Source: Pseudomonas phage pPa_SNUABM_DT01. Taken from it: 64,000 bases of DNA. The stretch lies in the sequence record MW735835.1; one strand, given 5' to 3'. Positions 36,681 to 46,279 of the stretch are shown here, in pieces. A program made the position numbers and the translations under genes. The notes beneath the pieces are model-generated. The model searched no databases and was not told the DNA's origin. It worked only from the letters and a program-made list of their open reading frames with translations. Position 1 is the stretch's first letter. Each line of letters starts with the position of its first letter.

Positions 36681-38066
36681 ATGGAATTCTCCCAAACGCC
36701 CCTTGGAGCCGAATACGAGCTGATCATGCGTGAAGGCAAAGGCGTCTACTACATGTACGACGCCACTTTCGCGACTGAACGTGAGAATATTGACGCCTTG
36801 CAGGTGGTCAGTATGGATTTCATCCGGGATTACCGTAACTCGGCCTCGGATGAAATCCTCATCAAGCTCGTTGTGCCCTGGGGCCAGTACCTGAACCGGG
36901 TTCTGCCGTTCAAAGAGAACCTGAAGGTGACCATCACTCGCAGTGAAGTTGATACCGTGAGTGGTGAGATCGTCGGGACTCGGGTGGAACAGACGTTTAT
37001 CGCGTTTCTGCCGCCTGAGACCGAAACCGGCATGCTCGATAATAGCCCTGAGACGGCCACGGAGTTCTCCGCGGACATCTCAGGTCTCAAGATCGTGCAA
37101 GTCCAGTTGCAAGAAGAGGCATTCAGCCGTGCCCGTTCGGAAATGGTGGGTGGGGTTTTCCGGGATTCGTCACCTTACGAGGTTCTGATCAGCCTGCTGC
37201 ACAACTCCATCCGACAAATGGACTTGGAGATCGCTGAAAGGATCGTTGGGGTGCACGCAACTCCTCCGAACAACACGGCGAAGCGCGGCACTACCCTGAT
37301 TCCCCACGGCACGCCGCTTGTAGCGCTTGCTGACAAGCTGCAAACCCAGTTGGGCGGTATCTACACTGCCGGAATCGGCTGCTACTTGCAGAAGGGTTAC
37401 TGGCACGTCTGGCCGCTGTACAACTACAAGCTCTATGACTCGGCTGAACGTACGGCCTTGTTCATCCTGGCGCCGTCTGGACGGTATCGGGGTGTGGAGC
37501 GCACCTACCGCATGGTGGACAAACACCTGACGGTATTCATCACTGGTGAAGTCTTGCGGCAAGACCCCTCCGAGATCCTTCTGCTCAACGAAGGTAACGG
37601 GGTCCGGTTTGCCAACGCAGACGCGATGATGGAAGGCTTCTTCGAGGTCTCCGGAAACAAAGCCGTGGCAAAAAGAACAAACAACGCCAATGAGTACGAG
37701 GCAATCAATCGTAAAGGCGTTTCCATGTCCCGAATCACCGAGGATATGGCAACCACGAACAACTTTAACGAAGCCTCCAAAGTTGCTGCCCGTAACGGGG
37801 CGTTCATCACCATGAACTGGGAAAACAGTAACCCAGACCTCATCATTCCTGGATTGCAGTGTGAGATCGGTTTCCTTGTTGAAGGCGACGTCTGCTTCAT
37901 CAACGGGGTCGTAGTGCACGCGCACGGGTATTCGGCATTGTCGGGTACTGGCCTGCACCAACGGATGCACCAGATCACCACGGAAGTGGTGTGTATGGTC
38001 GACCGTCAGTCGCCTGTGTATGCGAAGTTCCTCTCCAGTCAACAAAGCAATTCAACACAAACGTAG
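36681..38066 (+). CDS. Hypothetical protein (461 aa)
   Basis: ATG with ctgagggcgtcac upstream. Confidence 0.55.
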   Translation: MEFSQTPLGAEYELIMREGKGVYYMYDATFATERENIDALQVVSMDFIRDYRNSASDEILIKLVVPWGQYLNRVLPFKENLKVTITRSEVDTVSGEIVGTRVEQTFIAFLPPETETGMLDNSPETATEFSADISGLKIVQVQLQEEAFSRARSEMVGGVFRDSSPYEVLISLLHNSIRQMDLEIAERIVGVHATPPNNTAKRGTTLIPHGTPLVALADKLQTQLGGIYTAGIGCYLQKGYWHVWPLYNYKLYDSAERTALFILAPSGRYRGVERTYRMVDKHLTVFITGEVLRQDPSEILLLNEGNGVRFANADAMMEGFFEVSGNKAVAKRTNNANEYEAINRKGVSMSRITEDMATTNNFNEASKVAARNGAFITMNWENSNPDLIIPGLQCEIGFLVEGDVCFINGVVVHAHGYSALSGTGLHQRMHQITTEVVCMVDRQSPVYAKFLSSQQSNSTQT

Positions 38067-38111
38067 CACTACATTATCGTGGTGCAGTAACTCAACCTGA
38101 GGTCCACAGCT

Positions 38112-38834
38112 ATGTCTGAAAATCATACGCTGGGGATGGTAACCGTCAGGGCGGGAGAGATACTTACCTTCACATTCGACGAATCCACCCCTGAGAAGCG
38201 TCGGCACCTCACAGTCGTGGCCATCCAAGACATTGATCTAAGTCGTGAGATGGCCTTGTTCTGTCAGGCGACCAACAGAGCTGGTAAGGATATCTACACG
38301 GAGAACGCGCTGCCTGCGTTTATTCAGCATCTGGCAGAGAAGCGGCTCCTGCACGTCGGCAGGGAAGTAAGTGTGCACTTTGGCGACCGTGGTCGTCCTG
38401 CTGCACGACTTATGAATGAGTACAGGTTCAGGATCAACCCCGAATCTTACTGGGAGGACAAGCTGGTCAATCGATACACGACCAGCTCGTTCACGCTATT
38501 CAACCATCAACAGCACAGCCTCATGGTGATGATGGGCGTCGATGCCCCGTTTTACATCCTGGCTGATTTGCTGGACATGCAAGGAGAACCGCTCGGTGTA
38601 CTAAGGCTTTCAATTATACCCGATCAACGGCACACCTTCATCAGTCCCGACGACGTCGAGAGAATCCGGTTGGCCCTGCAAGCCGACATCGCAATGAATG
38701 TAGAAGAGATCAGTGTCATGGTGGAACGAGTCCGTGTGGCATCCAACCCTGACTTTGGTCAAAGCGTCTTCAAGCGTCACCTTCCACCCATCGAACATCC
38801 CCCTAAAGTTGAACCCGAGACATCCACTTCATAA
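38112..38834 (+). CDS. Hypothetical protein (240 aa)
   Basis: ATG start. Confidence 0.5.
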   Translation: MSENHTLGMVTVRAGEILTFTFDESTPEKRRHLTVVAIQDIDLSREMALFCQATNRAGKDIYTENALPAFIQHLAEKRLLHVGREVSVHFGDRGRPAARLMNEYRFRINPESYWEDKLVNRYTTSSFTLFNHQQHSLMVMMGVDAPFYILADLLDMQGEPLGVLRLSIIPDQRHTFISPDDVERIRLALQADIAMNVEEISVMVERVRVASNPDFGQSVFKRHLPPIEHPPKVEPETSTS

Positions 38835-38845
38835 AGGAACAGTGC

Positions 38846-39190
38846 ATGACCACCCCCAACACGTCTTGGAAGAAACCCCGCCCGCAAGGTAACCGCGACG
38901 ATCGTCGTCCGGATCAGCGCCCGCAGCGTTCCAACAGCTTCGGCAGCCTGTCCAGCCTGCGGGAACTCTCCGAACGCCAACCGGTGCGTAAACCGCAAGT
39001 CCAGCCGGAACCCCTGAAGTTCGAGGGTCCGCTGAACCACTGGTATGAAACCGAGCGCAACGGCCGGAAGTCTAAAGTCTTCCTGGTCGAAGTGAAGAAG
39101 GACGTCGTGACTTACAAGGACAAGGTCGAGGACAAGCATTCCCAGACCATGTCCCTGGCGAAGTTCATGAAGTTCTACAAGCCGGAGTAA
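38846..39190 (+). CDS. Highly basic Arg/Lys/Pro-rich protein (114 aa), candidate DNA-binding/internal protein
   Basis: N-terminal RPQGNRDDRRPDQRPQR plus a Lys-rich C-terminus. RBS aaaggaacag. Confidence 0.5.
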   Translation: MTTPNTSWKKPRPQGNRDDRRPDQRPQRSNSFGSLSSLRELSERQPVRKPQVQPEPLKFEGPLNHWYETERNGRKSKVFLVEVKKDVVTYKDKVEDKHSQTMSLAKFMKFYKPE

Positions 39191-39200
39191 GACGTGGCTT

Positions 39201-39232
39201 GAGGGGGCCTTCGGGCCCTCTCTATGCCCTCT
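39201..39232 (+). terminator. Hairpin gagggggcc-TTCG-ggccctctc followed by TATGCCC
   Basis: 9-bp stem with UUCG loop. Confidence 0.5.
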
Positions 39233-39254
39233 CGCCCAAACCACTGAGGTTGCT

Positions 39255-39536
39255 ATGAAAGCACAGTACGTAGTACTGCCGAGTGCGAAAGTGCCGGTAC
39301 GAGCTGGTCAGTTCTTTTCTTTGTCCAGCAAGTTGGACCCAAGCACCAAGGACAACTTCAAAGCCCTCGTGGACTTCGACATGGTCGAAGAGGCACTGAA
39401 GGCTGGTGTTGATCTGCACAAACCCGGCACCCCGACTGACAATGCTCGGGCCAACATGTCCATCGCTGCTCACCTCGTTCATTCGGGCTTGGCAGAAATT
39501 GTTGACAAGCCGAGTAAAAACAAACAAACACACTGA
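39255..39536 (+). CDS. Hypothetical protein (93 aa)
   Basis: ATG with ctgaggttgct upstream. Confidence 0.5.
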   Translation: MKAQYVVLPSAKVPVRAGQFFSLSSKLDPSTKDNFKALVDFDMVEEALKAGVDLHKPGTPTDNARANMSIAAHLVHSGLAEIVDKPSKNKQTH

Positions 39537-39561
39537 ATGGTGTGTATCAAAGGAGTTATCC

Positions 39562-39726
39562 ATGAAACCAGCCGATAAGGAGTTCGAGTCACGCGACGAG
39601 CTGGAAAAGGCTTACAGCGCCGGGTCTCTGAAGACCGGTGAGCGTTACTACGTTCGCAACATCAACGTCACCTATCGCCTTGACGTTACACGTAAAGGCT
39701 TTGTAGAAATCCCGAATAACCAGTGA
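39562..39726 (+). CDS. Small protein (54 aa)
   Basis: ATG 7 nt after aaaggag. Confidence 0.4.
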   Translation: MKPADKEFESRDELEKAYSAGSLKTGERYYVRNINVTYRLDVTRKGFVEIPNNQ

Positions 39727-39733
39727 GGCTGTA

Positions 39734-40084
39734 ATGGACCACGTGTATATCTGGTGGCTGGACAAATGGCTGCTGATGGCAACTCACATGTTGCTGGAAG
39801 AAGCTGACCGCGGCAATCATTCGATCAACATCCTCCCGGGCCACATCAAGATAGCGTTGGATCAGGCTTGCGGCAAGCACTACGGTGGTCAGCTGTACCC
39901 ACCGATCACCCTGGCCGGGAGTGTCAACCCCGACCACCTGGACGTCCTGCAACAAGAGCGCCAACTGGCGGCCATCCTGTCCAATGGCTGGTTCGGCGTT
40001 CCGTTCGAAGAAGTGCACCTGCCCACCATCAAGCAGTACCCGGGCATCATCACTACCTTTAGCCTTCAGGCGGTGCGGAAATGA
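39734..40084 (+). CDS. Hypothetical protein (116 aa)
   Basis: ATG start, coupled to neighbours. Confidence 0.5.
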   Translation: MDHVYIWWLDKWLLMATHMLLEEADRGNHSINILPGHIKIALDQACGKHYGGQLYPPITLAGSVNPDHLDVLQQERQLAAILSNGWFGVPFEEVHLPTIKQYPGIITTFSLQAVRK

Positions 40085-40695
40085 TCAGTGCAATCGATTT
40101 CTTGGTCAAAGGCGGCGGGCAGTTCGAGATCATCAAGGCTGACCATTGCGAAGTAGGCCTGGTCAACCTGTTCCTCGACGTTTCCTCGGCCACCACCGTC
40201 AAGGATCGTTACGATCTGATCTTCACCCCGGGTAACAGCTTCGGTCACATGACCGGCGGTTTCGACCTGGGTGTGGTGGAAGTCTTCGGGCGTGAGATCC
40301 AGATGAAGGTCCTGGAGATGATCAAGCAGAAGTACAGCGGTATGATGCCGGTGGGCTCTGCTGAAGTCGTCCAGATTGGTAACCATGCCGTGGTCTATGT
40401 TCCGACCATGATGGTGCCGACTCGTAACACAGGCCTGATCGATCCGTACATGCTCATGTGGCAAGGTCTGCGTGCAGTTGATCAATTCACCAAAGATACC
40501 GGAATCCATTTCCGCCATGCCCTCTGTCCGTTGTTCTGTGCGGGCACTGGTGGGTCGGCTCCTGACGTGGCCCTCCATCAGCAGAACATGGCGGTCTACG
40601 AGCATCGTCTCTCTCGTTCCGGTGCTCACCTGGGCTGCACTGACCTGTTCAGTGATGGCATGATCCGTTACAACTCCTTGTTCCAAGGTAAGTGA
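40081..40695 (+). CDS. Second macro-domain-like protein (204 aa), tentative
   Basis: TPGNSFGHMTGGFDLGV matches the macro pattern N-[AS]-x-x-x-x-x-G-G-x-D-x-x-[VI], compare NAANSSLLGGGGVDGAI. ATGA-coupled. Confidence 0.3.
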   Translation: MISAIDFLVKGGGQFEIIKADHCEVGLVNLFLDVSSATTVKDRYDLIFTPGNSFGHMTGGFDLGVVEVFGREIQMKVLEMIKQKYSGMMPVGSAEVVQIGNHAVVYVPTMMVPTRNTGLIDPYMLMWQGLRAVDQFTKDTGIHFRHALCPLFCAGTGGSAPDVALHQQNMAVYEHRLSRSGAHLGCTDLFSDGMIRYNSLFQGK

Positions 40696-41345
40696 TGGAC
40701 TTCTGGAAGGCGATGGGATGGGAGTGGAGCTTCACCTGGTGTGGGGTCGGCTCCCGTGATGTCCCGGAAGAATTCGAGCCTTTGTTGATTTGGGTAGGTC
40801 ATTGCATGGCGCTGTTGAAGGGTGTGTTGTGTACCGGTGATGCCACTGGTTCCGACTACCTCTTCTGGCAAGGCTATGAGCGCGGTAAGGCAGAGAACAT
40901 GCCACCTGCGCAGATCTACTACACCAAGCTGAAGAACATGCGTAGCCTCTCTCACGACCCATTTAAGGGCCATCATGAGGCTGAACGCTATGACACCCAT
41001 GCCGAGGCCCAAGCGCTCGCATTTCGCGCTCGTGGCTCGTTTGAAGGGCTATTCCCATCAGGCATCGGGCTCCACACCCGCAACGCTTTCCAAGTCTTGT
41101 CGGAAGAGTTGTGCTTCCCGCGTTGGATCACTGTGTTCTGGGCTAAACCTGTCGGTAAGAAAGGTTTGGTTTCCGGTGGTACCAACACGGCAGTACAGCT
41201 GTCCGTCATGAACAACATCAAGAAGGTCAACCTGTACGTTGAGGAGGACCGCATCAAGTTCGTCGAGTGGCTTAAAGGGCAGCTTGTCAAGAAAGGCATC
41301 CCAGTTCCGCCCCTCGACACACCCGAGCTGCCAATGGCAGCGTAG
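40692..41345 (+). CDS. SLOG/DprA-like Rossmann-fold protein (217 aa), tentative
   Basis: CGVGSRDVPEE..LIWVGHCMALLKGVLCTGDATGSD resembles the DprA/SMF/SLOG core (GSR .. SG.A.G.D). Confidence 0.35.
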   Translation: MMDFWKAMGWEWSFTWCGVGSRDVPEEFEPLLIWVGHCMALLKGVLCTGDATGSDYLFWQGYERGKAENMPPAQIYYTKLKNMRSLSHDPFKGHHEAERYDTHAEAQALAFRARGSFEGLFPSGIGLHTRNAFQVLSEELCFPRWITVFWAKPVGKKGLVSGGTNTAVQLSVMNNIKKVNLYVEEDRIKFVEWLKGQLVKKGIPVPPLDTPELPMAA

Positions 41346-41354
41346 GAGAATCTC

Positions 41355-41630
41355 GTGGATGACCGCATTATTGTAGTGGGTACCGATCATGGCTCTGCGA
41401 TGGAGCAACTCCGTAAGATCGCAGATTGTGAACGACCGTTGCCGGCACCTGCCATTGTGTTGGCTCCTGGCATTGAGCTGAAGCAACACCAGAGCCTCAC
41501 CACTCTGTGCCGCGAAGCCGGCTATAAGGTCACCGACATGATCGGTGGCATGGGTGTCATTCCCGACAAAAAGAAAGAACGGCCAGTGATCAAGGCAATG
41601 AGCCTGGCCGAGTTGTTCAAACTCAAATAA
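41355..41630 (+). CDS. Hypothetical protein (91 aa)
   Basis: ORF-track entry with RBS aggagaatctc. Confidence 0.45.
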   Translation: MDDRIIVVGTDHGSAMEQLRKIADCERPLPAPAIVLAPGIELKQHQSLTTLCREAGYKVTDMIGGMGVIPDKKKERPVIKAMSLAELFKLK

Positions 41631-41642
41631 CCTGGGGGCTGC

Positions 41643-42317
41643 ATGCTTCGTTATCAACCGACACACAAGGGCTTCTTGCTCGCAATCGAAGGACCGGATG
41701 GGGCGGGCAAGTCTACCCTGCGTACCTGGCTGAGCGACTGGTTCCAGTCCCACGGCATTACTGCGGTGATCACCCGTGAACCAGGCGGCACGCCTGAAGC
41801 CGAGATGATCCGTCAGGATATCCTGCGTAAGCGCGAACCCCATGAAGAACCTGTCTGTGCTTTGACCCAAGCGTTGAAGTTCATGGCTGCTCGTGCCCAG
41901 CACATCGACCGTGTGCTGAAACCTAACATCGTTGCGGGCGAGTTGGTCATCACTGACCGCTTCTGCGACAGCACCTTCGCGTACCAGAGCCAGGAGGGTG
42001 TGGACCTTGGCAAGCTGCGTGCTATGCATGACGTGGCGTTTGACGGGTTCAAGCCAGACCTGACCATCTTGCTCGACGGGGACCCCAACATCTTCCGTGA
42101 GCGTATGGCAGGCCGTGGTGAAGGCGCCTTGAACTTCTACGACCTCAAGCCCATGTCGTTCCATGAACAGTCTCGCCGGGTCTACAGCGAGTGTGCTTCG
42201 ATGGATGCCAACCGTTACGCGGTGATCGACGCGACCCAGAACTTCGAACAGGTTCAGGCACAGATCATCCCGTACCTGATGGACATCGACGCCTGGCTGC
42301 GTAAACGCCCAGCATAA
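41643..42317 (+). CDS. tmk: Thymidylate kinase
   Basis: P-loop LLAIEGPDGAGKSTL. DRF motif (ITDRF). Length and overall layout are typical of dTMP kinase. Confidence 0.8.
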   Translation: MLRYQPTHKGFLLAIEGPDGAGKSTLRTWLSDWFQSHGITAVITREPGGTPEAEMIRQDILRKREPHEEPVCALTQALKFMAARAQHIDRVLKPNIVAGELVITDRFCDSTFAYQSQEGVDLGKLRAMHDVAFDGFKPDLTILLDGDPNIFRERMAGRGEGALNFYDLKPMSFHEQSRRVYSECASMDANRYAVIDATQNFEQVQAQIIPYLMDIDAWLRKRPA

Positions 42318-42324
42318 CCCAGAA

Positions 42325-42357
42325 GAGTGGAGGGATGACCCCTCCACTCCTTTGCCC
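42325..42357 (+). terminator. Hairpin ggagtggaggg-ATGAC-ccctccactcc followed by TTTGCC
   Basis: 11-bp perfect stem. Confidence 0.5.
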
Positions 42358-42370
42358 TTAGGAGGGTATT

Positions 42371-42703
42371 ATGTCCATCATCATGACCACCATTTTGGCC
42401 GGTGAAGAAGAGCCCATGCAGCCTGTGGGTATCGATCCACACGGCACTCATCGGTTCCTCGAGAATCGCATCGTTCGTGACCTGCTGGACTTTGCATCTC
42501 CCCGTGGCTTCGACCTGAACCACATTGCAGTCCGTGGTCATGAAGGCCACTACTCTGATTCCGAGCATCGTCAGATGGCGCAGCTGATCGGTTACAGCGT
42601 TTGCGGTTACGGCACGTTGTCGTATGTCAATGATGCTTCGTACGAGGAAGCCTGGCGGCGGAGCCAAGCCCTCGAATCGGAAGACGATCCGAAAGAAGAG
42701 TGA
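42371..42703 (+). CDS. Hypothetical protein (110 aa)
   Basis: ATG with ttaggagggtatt RBS. Confidence 0.5.
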   Translation: MSIIMTTILAGEEEPMQPVGIDPHGTHRFLENRIVRDLLDFASPRGFDLNHIAVRGHEGHYSDSEHRQMAQLIGYSVCGYGTLSYVNDASYEEAWRRSQALESEDDPKEE

Positions 42704-42743
42704 TCCTACATTACACCAATACAGTCACCTAGGAGAGACAGGA

Positions 42744-43139
42744 ATGTCTAACACCCGCGCTGAAGAGTTGGCTCTCGCCGTATCCTCGATAGAGACCAAC
42801 GTCAACACCATCGAAGCATTGGTCGGTCAAGCGTACGCCAATGCTGATTTCAACTTCGTTACTGATTTCCGTGATTCCCGTGGCGCCAGCCTGGCTGAGT
42901 CCGGCGCCATCATGGGGGTCCTTGTCCGCCGTATGCAGGAGAACCTCAACTCCCTGGCGAACGTGCTTTACATTCGTGAACTGGAATCCCAACGGGAAGC
43001 CGTACCATGGCGTGAAATGGCAAAGGAAAACCGTCGTGTGGAAGCCATCTCGATGCTGCGCAAGTTCGCCAGCAATATCAGTTTCAGTGTCGGAGACGCT
43101 CGTGATGTGGTAGATGCCTACCTCAAACACGGTTTCTGA
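42744..43139 (+). CDS. Hypothetical protein (131 aa; the ORF track starts at 42624)
   Basis: ATG with ctaggagagacagga RBS. Confidence 0.5.
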   Translation: MSNTRAEELALAVSSIETNVNTIEALVGQAYANADFNFVTDFRDSRGASLAESGAIMGVLVRRMQENLNSLANVLYIRELESQREAVPWREMAKENRRVEAISMLRKFASNISFSVGDARDVVDAYLKHGF

Positions 43140-43227
43140 CCACCCGGAATAGGTAGAGCAGACCTAAGGCCATATACTGGTATAAACCGTTTTGGATGCT
43201 CAAACCAACATCAATCGGAGAAACACC

Positions 43228-44265
43228 ATGCATACCACTCAAACCACCCACCATCGTATCTTCGCTACCAATCTCGGCGGGTCTGTGCTCGACGATGTAA
43301 TGGCGGGCATTGGCGCAGACTTCACTGGTGACGCTGGGGTATTTGACCTCGTCATCGCTGAGGGGGACGACTTCTCGCTGGACACCGTCATCCGTGACAT
43401 GTTCCCAGCACGTCTGCTTCCTGACACCGCAGAAACCCCGTGGCACGTCGATCTGGGTGTCCTGGCTGAAAAGCTGGGCGAACTCTGCGAGCAGGAGGGC
43501 TACAAGCCTCAGACTGGCATGTTCACCCGCAAGTACTACGAGGACGGCGTCCAGGCTTCCTGTGACATCTCCTGCATCGAACTGATGGACCTGCTGATGG
43601 CTTTGGCGGGCAACCATTATAAGATCGAAGGTATCTACACCCAGTGGGCGATGCACAGCGACAAAGCGCAGTTTGGTGCTCACGCTGGTGGTACCCGCAT
43701 CACCACCCGCCACTTCTCGGTGCCGTGCTTCACTCCGCCGGATCGGGCAGAGACCGTGATCAAGACTCTGGCCAAGCACAAGCTGTGCGAAGTCGGCGAC
43801 TACTTCGTCAACGAGTTCATCAACCCGATCCTGGATTGTGTCCCGGAAGGTCCGATGCAGGGTGCAGTGGAGCGTGCTGCCATTCGTTTTATGGGTGGCT
43901 ATCGTGCACCGGTGTCCGAAGGCTTCCTGGCCAGTGTGTCTGAGCCTGCGGATAAGTCCGACGTGGCAGGAAACGAGGTGCCGGTGTTCGGTGGGGTCCC
44001 GATGGAGAAAACCGGTAAAGACTGGACCGTTCGTGATCTGGACTACTACCGTAACTGGAACTTCAGGCAGGTTGGCATCCTCTCTGGGATTTCGGTGACT
44101 GAGGAAGACGCCATCTTCTACATCGACTGGTTCGGTCTGAAACTTTCCGACTACCTGCACAATCAGCTGAAACTGCCAGCAGACTACGTGGCTACCGTCA
44201 AGGACATCCGTTCTCGTCTGCTCGCTGGTGAAGAACTCACCATCCCGAATCGCGAAAACAAGTGA
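43228..44265 (+). CDS. Hypothetical protein (345 aa; the ORF track starts at 43192)
   Basis: ATG with caatcggagaaacacc RBS. Confidence 0.5.
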   Translation: MHTTQTTHHRIFATNLGGSVLDDVMAGIGADFTGDAGVFDLVIAEGDDFSLDTVIRDMFPARLLPDTAETPWHVDLGVLAEKLGELCEQEGYKPQTGMFTRKYYEDGVQASCDISCIELMDLLMALAGNHYKIEGIYTQWAMHSDKAQFGAHAGGTRITTRHFSVPCFTPPDRAETVIKTLAKHKLCEVGDYFVNEFINPILDCVPEGPMQGAVERAAIRFMGGYRAPVSEGFLASVSEPADKSDVAGNEVPVFGGVPMEKTGKDWTVRDLDYYRNWNFRQVGILSGISVTEEDAIFYIDWFGLKLSDYLHNQLKLPADYVATVKDIRSRLLAGEELTIPNRENK

Positions 44266-44269
44266 CAAA

Positions 44270-44296
44270 ATAGATAGAGGGACTTCGGTCCCTCTA
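44270..44296 (+). terminator. Hairpin gatagagggac-TTCG-gtccctctatc
   Basis: 11-bp perfect stem with UUCG loop. Confidence 0.5.
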
Positions 44297-44328
44297 TCAT
44301 TCACCAATCTTTATCAGGAATCATCATC

Positions 44329-45009
44329 GTGGCAGAAGCAGTTACCGAAATCGAATACGACACCCTTGAGCAGGAGTCCTCCGTACTGGAAATGTTCATG
44401 GCGATCAAGAACCCCAACGCCAAGAAAGTCAAGAAGCTCGCTGCCCGGCTTTATAACGAACTCCCGCTCGAGATCCAGAAGCGTCTGTGCCGTGACATCT
44501 ACCGCGCACATGACCCGGTCCTCTACATGACCACCTGCTACAACAAGATCCACGATTGCGCCATCCTCGTGAAACAGTTCATCGAAGACGGCTGCCACGG
44601 GATGATCTTTACCGGCAAGAACGGTACGGACACCTACCCGATCAAGTTGGACACCCGCACCAACTGGCTGAACGAAGGCAAACGCTGGGACCCCGAGCAG
44701 GAAATGATCATCCAGCATGAAGCCGTGAATTCATGGATGCGTGATCACGACAAGGGTTACTTCTTCGGCAAGGTCGTACTCTTCCCCACCTTCGGTTTCT
44801 CCGGTGAGCCTCGCATCATCGAGATGGCCTGCGGCGACACCGAGGGCATGGTCAAGTACCCGGGCACTGACTTCTACGTGAAGGCTGGTGCTGAACTCGA
44901 TGTGCAGGCAGTAGCTAGGGCTCAGATCGACATGGATCGCCGTCGCAATGAAAAGTCCAAGCTACTCGACCACCAACTGAAGCAGGAGTTTGCCAAGCTT
45001 GCGAAATAA
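44329..45009 (+). CDS. Hypothetical protein (226 aa)
   Basis: ATG start. Protein-like composition. Confidence 0.5.
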   Translation: MAEAVTEIEYDTLEQESSVLEMFMAIKNPNAKKVKKLAARLYNELPLEIQKRLCRDIYRAHDPVLYMTTCYNKIHDCAILVKQFIEDGCHGMIFTGKNGTDTYPIKLDTRTNWLNEGKRWDPEQEMIIQHEAVNSWMRDHDKGYFFGKVVLFPTFGFSGEPRIIEMACGDTEGMVKYPGTDFYVKAGAELDVQAVARAQIDMDRRRNEKSKLLDHQLKQEFAKLAK

Positions 45010-45020
45010 CGAGGTGTAAG

Positions 45021-45701
45021 ATGAGCAGACCTGTCATTGATCTCATCGGGCAGCGTTTCAACATGTGGACGGTTAAAGATCTCCATAAGAACCGCTCTAA
45101 AGATGGGGGTTCTCGATGGGTCTGTGAGTGTGATTGTGGGGCGACCGGGGTGGTCTCTCGGCGCAACCTGGTTACAGGAAAATCCAAGTGTTGCGGCTGT
45201 TATGTCAGTGCGGAAGGGCTAGCCAATATCAGTCAGGCTAATTTCGTGCACGGCATGCGGACATCTCCAGAATACACCGCTTGGGCGGCGATGGTGCAAC
45301 AATGCACTAATCCAAAGCACATCGACTTTTGGAGATACGGCGGGTCTGGAATCGGGATCGTCCCAGAATGGGAGGCGGACTTCGAGAACTTTCTTACCGA
45401 CATGGGCCTACGACCCTCACCGTTGCATCGGCTCGAACGTATCGACGATACGCAGGGGTTCTCCAAGGATAACTGTCAATGGTCCATGACAGCCCACAAG
45501 AAAAGAAAGATCGATTATACTGGAACCCACACAATCCATGGCGAAGACCTCACCCTCCTTGAGATCGCTGAAAAATACAAGGTGCATTATTTTCGATTGC
45601 GGTACCGAGTCGCTAAGAAGGGACAGGCTGCTATCGATGCACTCAATGAATTACTGGAGCTAAAGAAAACATATGTCGCAGAAACTCTACATCGAGAATA
45701 A
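45021..45701 (+). CDS. Free-standing HNH-family homing endonuclease (AP2-like DNA-binding type)
   Basis: EYTAWAAMVQQCTNPKHIDFWRYGGSGIGIVPEWEADFENFLTDMGLRPSPLHRLERIDDTQGFSKDNCQWSM fits the E..W..M..RC.N.....Y..YGGRGI.VC..W..F..F..DMG .. LDRID..G.Y.P.NC.W pattern. The N-terminal Cys cluster CECDCG..KCCGC. Visibly lower GC and odd codon usage relative to neighbours. Confidence 0.7.
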   Translation: MSRPVIDLIGQRFNMWTVKDLHKNRSKDGGSRWVCECDCGATGVVSRRNLVTGKSKCCGCYVSAEGLANISQANFVHGMRTSPEYTAWAAMVQQCTNPKHIDFWRYGGSGIGIVPEWEADFENFLTDMGLRPSPLHRLERIDDTQGFSKDNCQWSMTAHKKRKIDYTGTHTIHGEDLTLLEIAEKYKVHYFRLRYRVAKKGQAAIDALNELLELKKTYVAETLHRE

Positions 45702-46278
45702 CCAGGAAGTCCGTGATCTGATCACCAAGTACGGCTTTGCGCAGAATGCACACGGTCGTTACTTCCTGGATGAACCGTTCCTGGATCATGCAGTCGTGGA
45801 TGAAGAGTGCCCCGAGGGTTTCCGTCCGGTGGCATTGCATATCGTACCGTACACCATCGTTGAGGGTGAGATCATCTACTACGCTTTCAACAGCATGGGC
45901 TTGCCGACTATCTACGTCAGCTTCAGCATCACCCCGGACGACTTCGTCAACCACAAGGCCGGGGATGAACTGATGTCGCCTTGCCAGTCGATTGTGGGTA
46001 AGGTCATCCAAACCTTCGATGCGCCACACATCGACCTGAAGGTGGACATCGACAAGTTCAAGTTCCCGGCAGTGGTCGATGGTGAGTTCGTGTGGTCGAT
46101 GGAAGTCCAATCTGCTGACCATCACACTGTGGATGAGCTGGTCGCTCAGTTGGGTTCCATCCTGGGGCGCGTCACCAAAGAGCAAATCATCAATGGTGAC
46201 GTGGAAGTCAACAAATTGTCCAAGGACGTGGTCGCTTACAAGGCGCCTGACGTCGCTCCGGACATCACGGTGGGCTGA
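45673..46278 (+). CDS. Hypothetical protein (201 aa). Its start overlaps the homing endonuclease 3' end by 29 nt.
   Basis: ATG with aaagaaaacat upstream. Confidence 0.5.
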   Translation: MSQKLYIENNQEVRDLITKYGFAQNAHGRYFLDEPFLDHAVVDEECPEGFRPVALHIVPYTIVEGEIIYYAFNSMGLPTIYVSFSITPDDFVNHKAGDELMSPCQSIVGKVIQTFDAPHIDLKVDIDKFKFPAVVDGEFVWSMEVQSADHHTVDELVAQLGSILGRVTKEQIINGDVEVNKLSKDVVAYKAPDVAPDITVG

Positions 46279-46279
46279 C

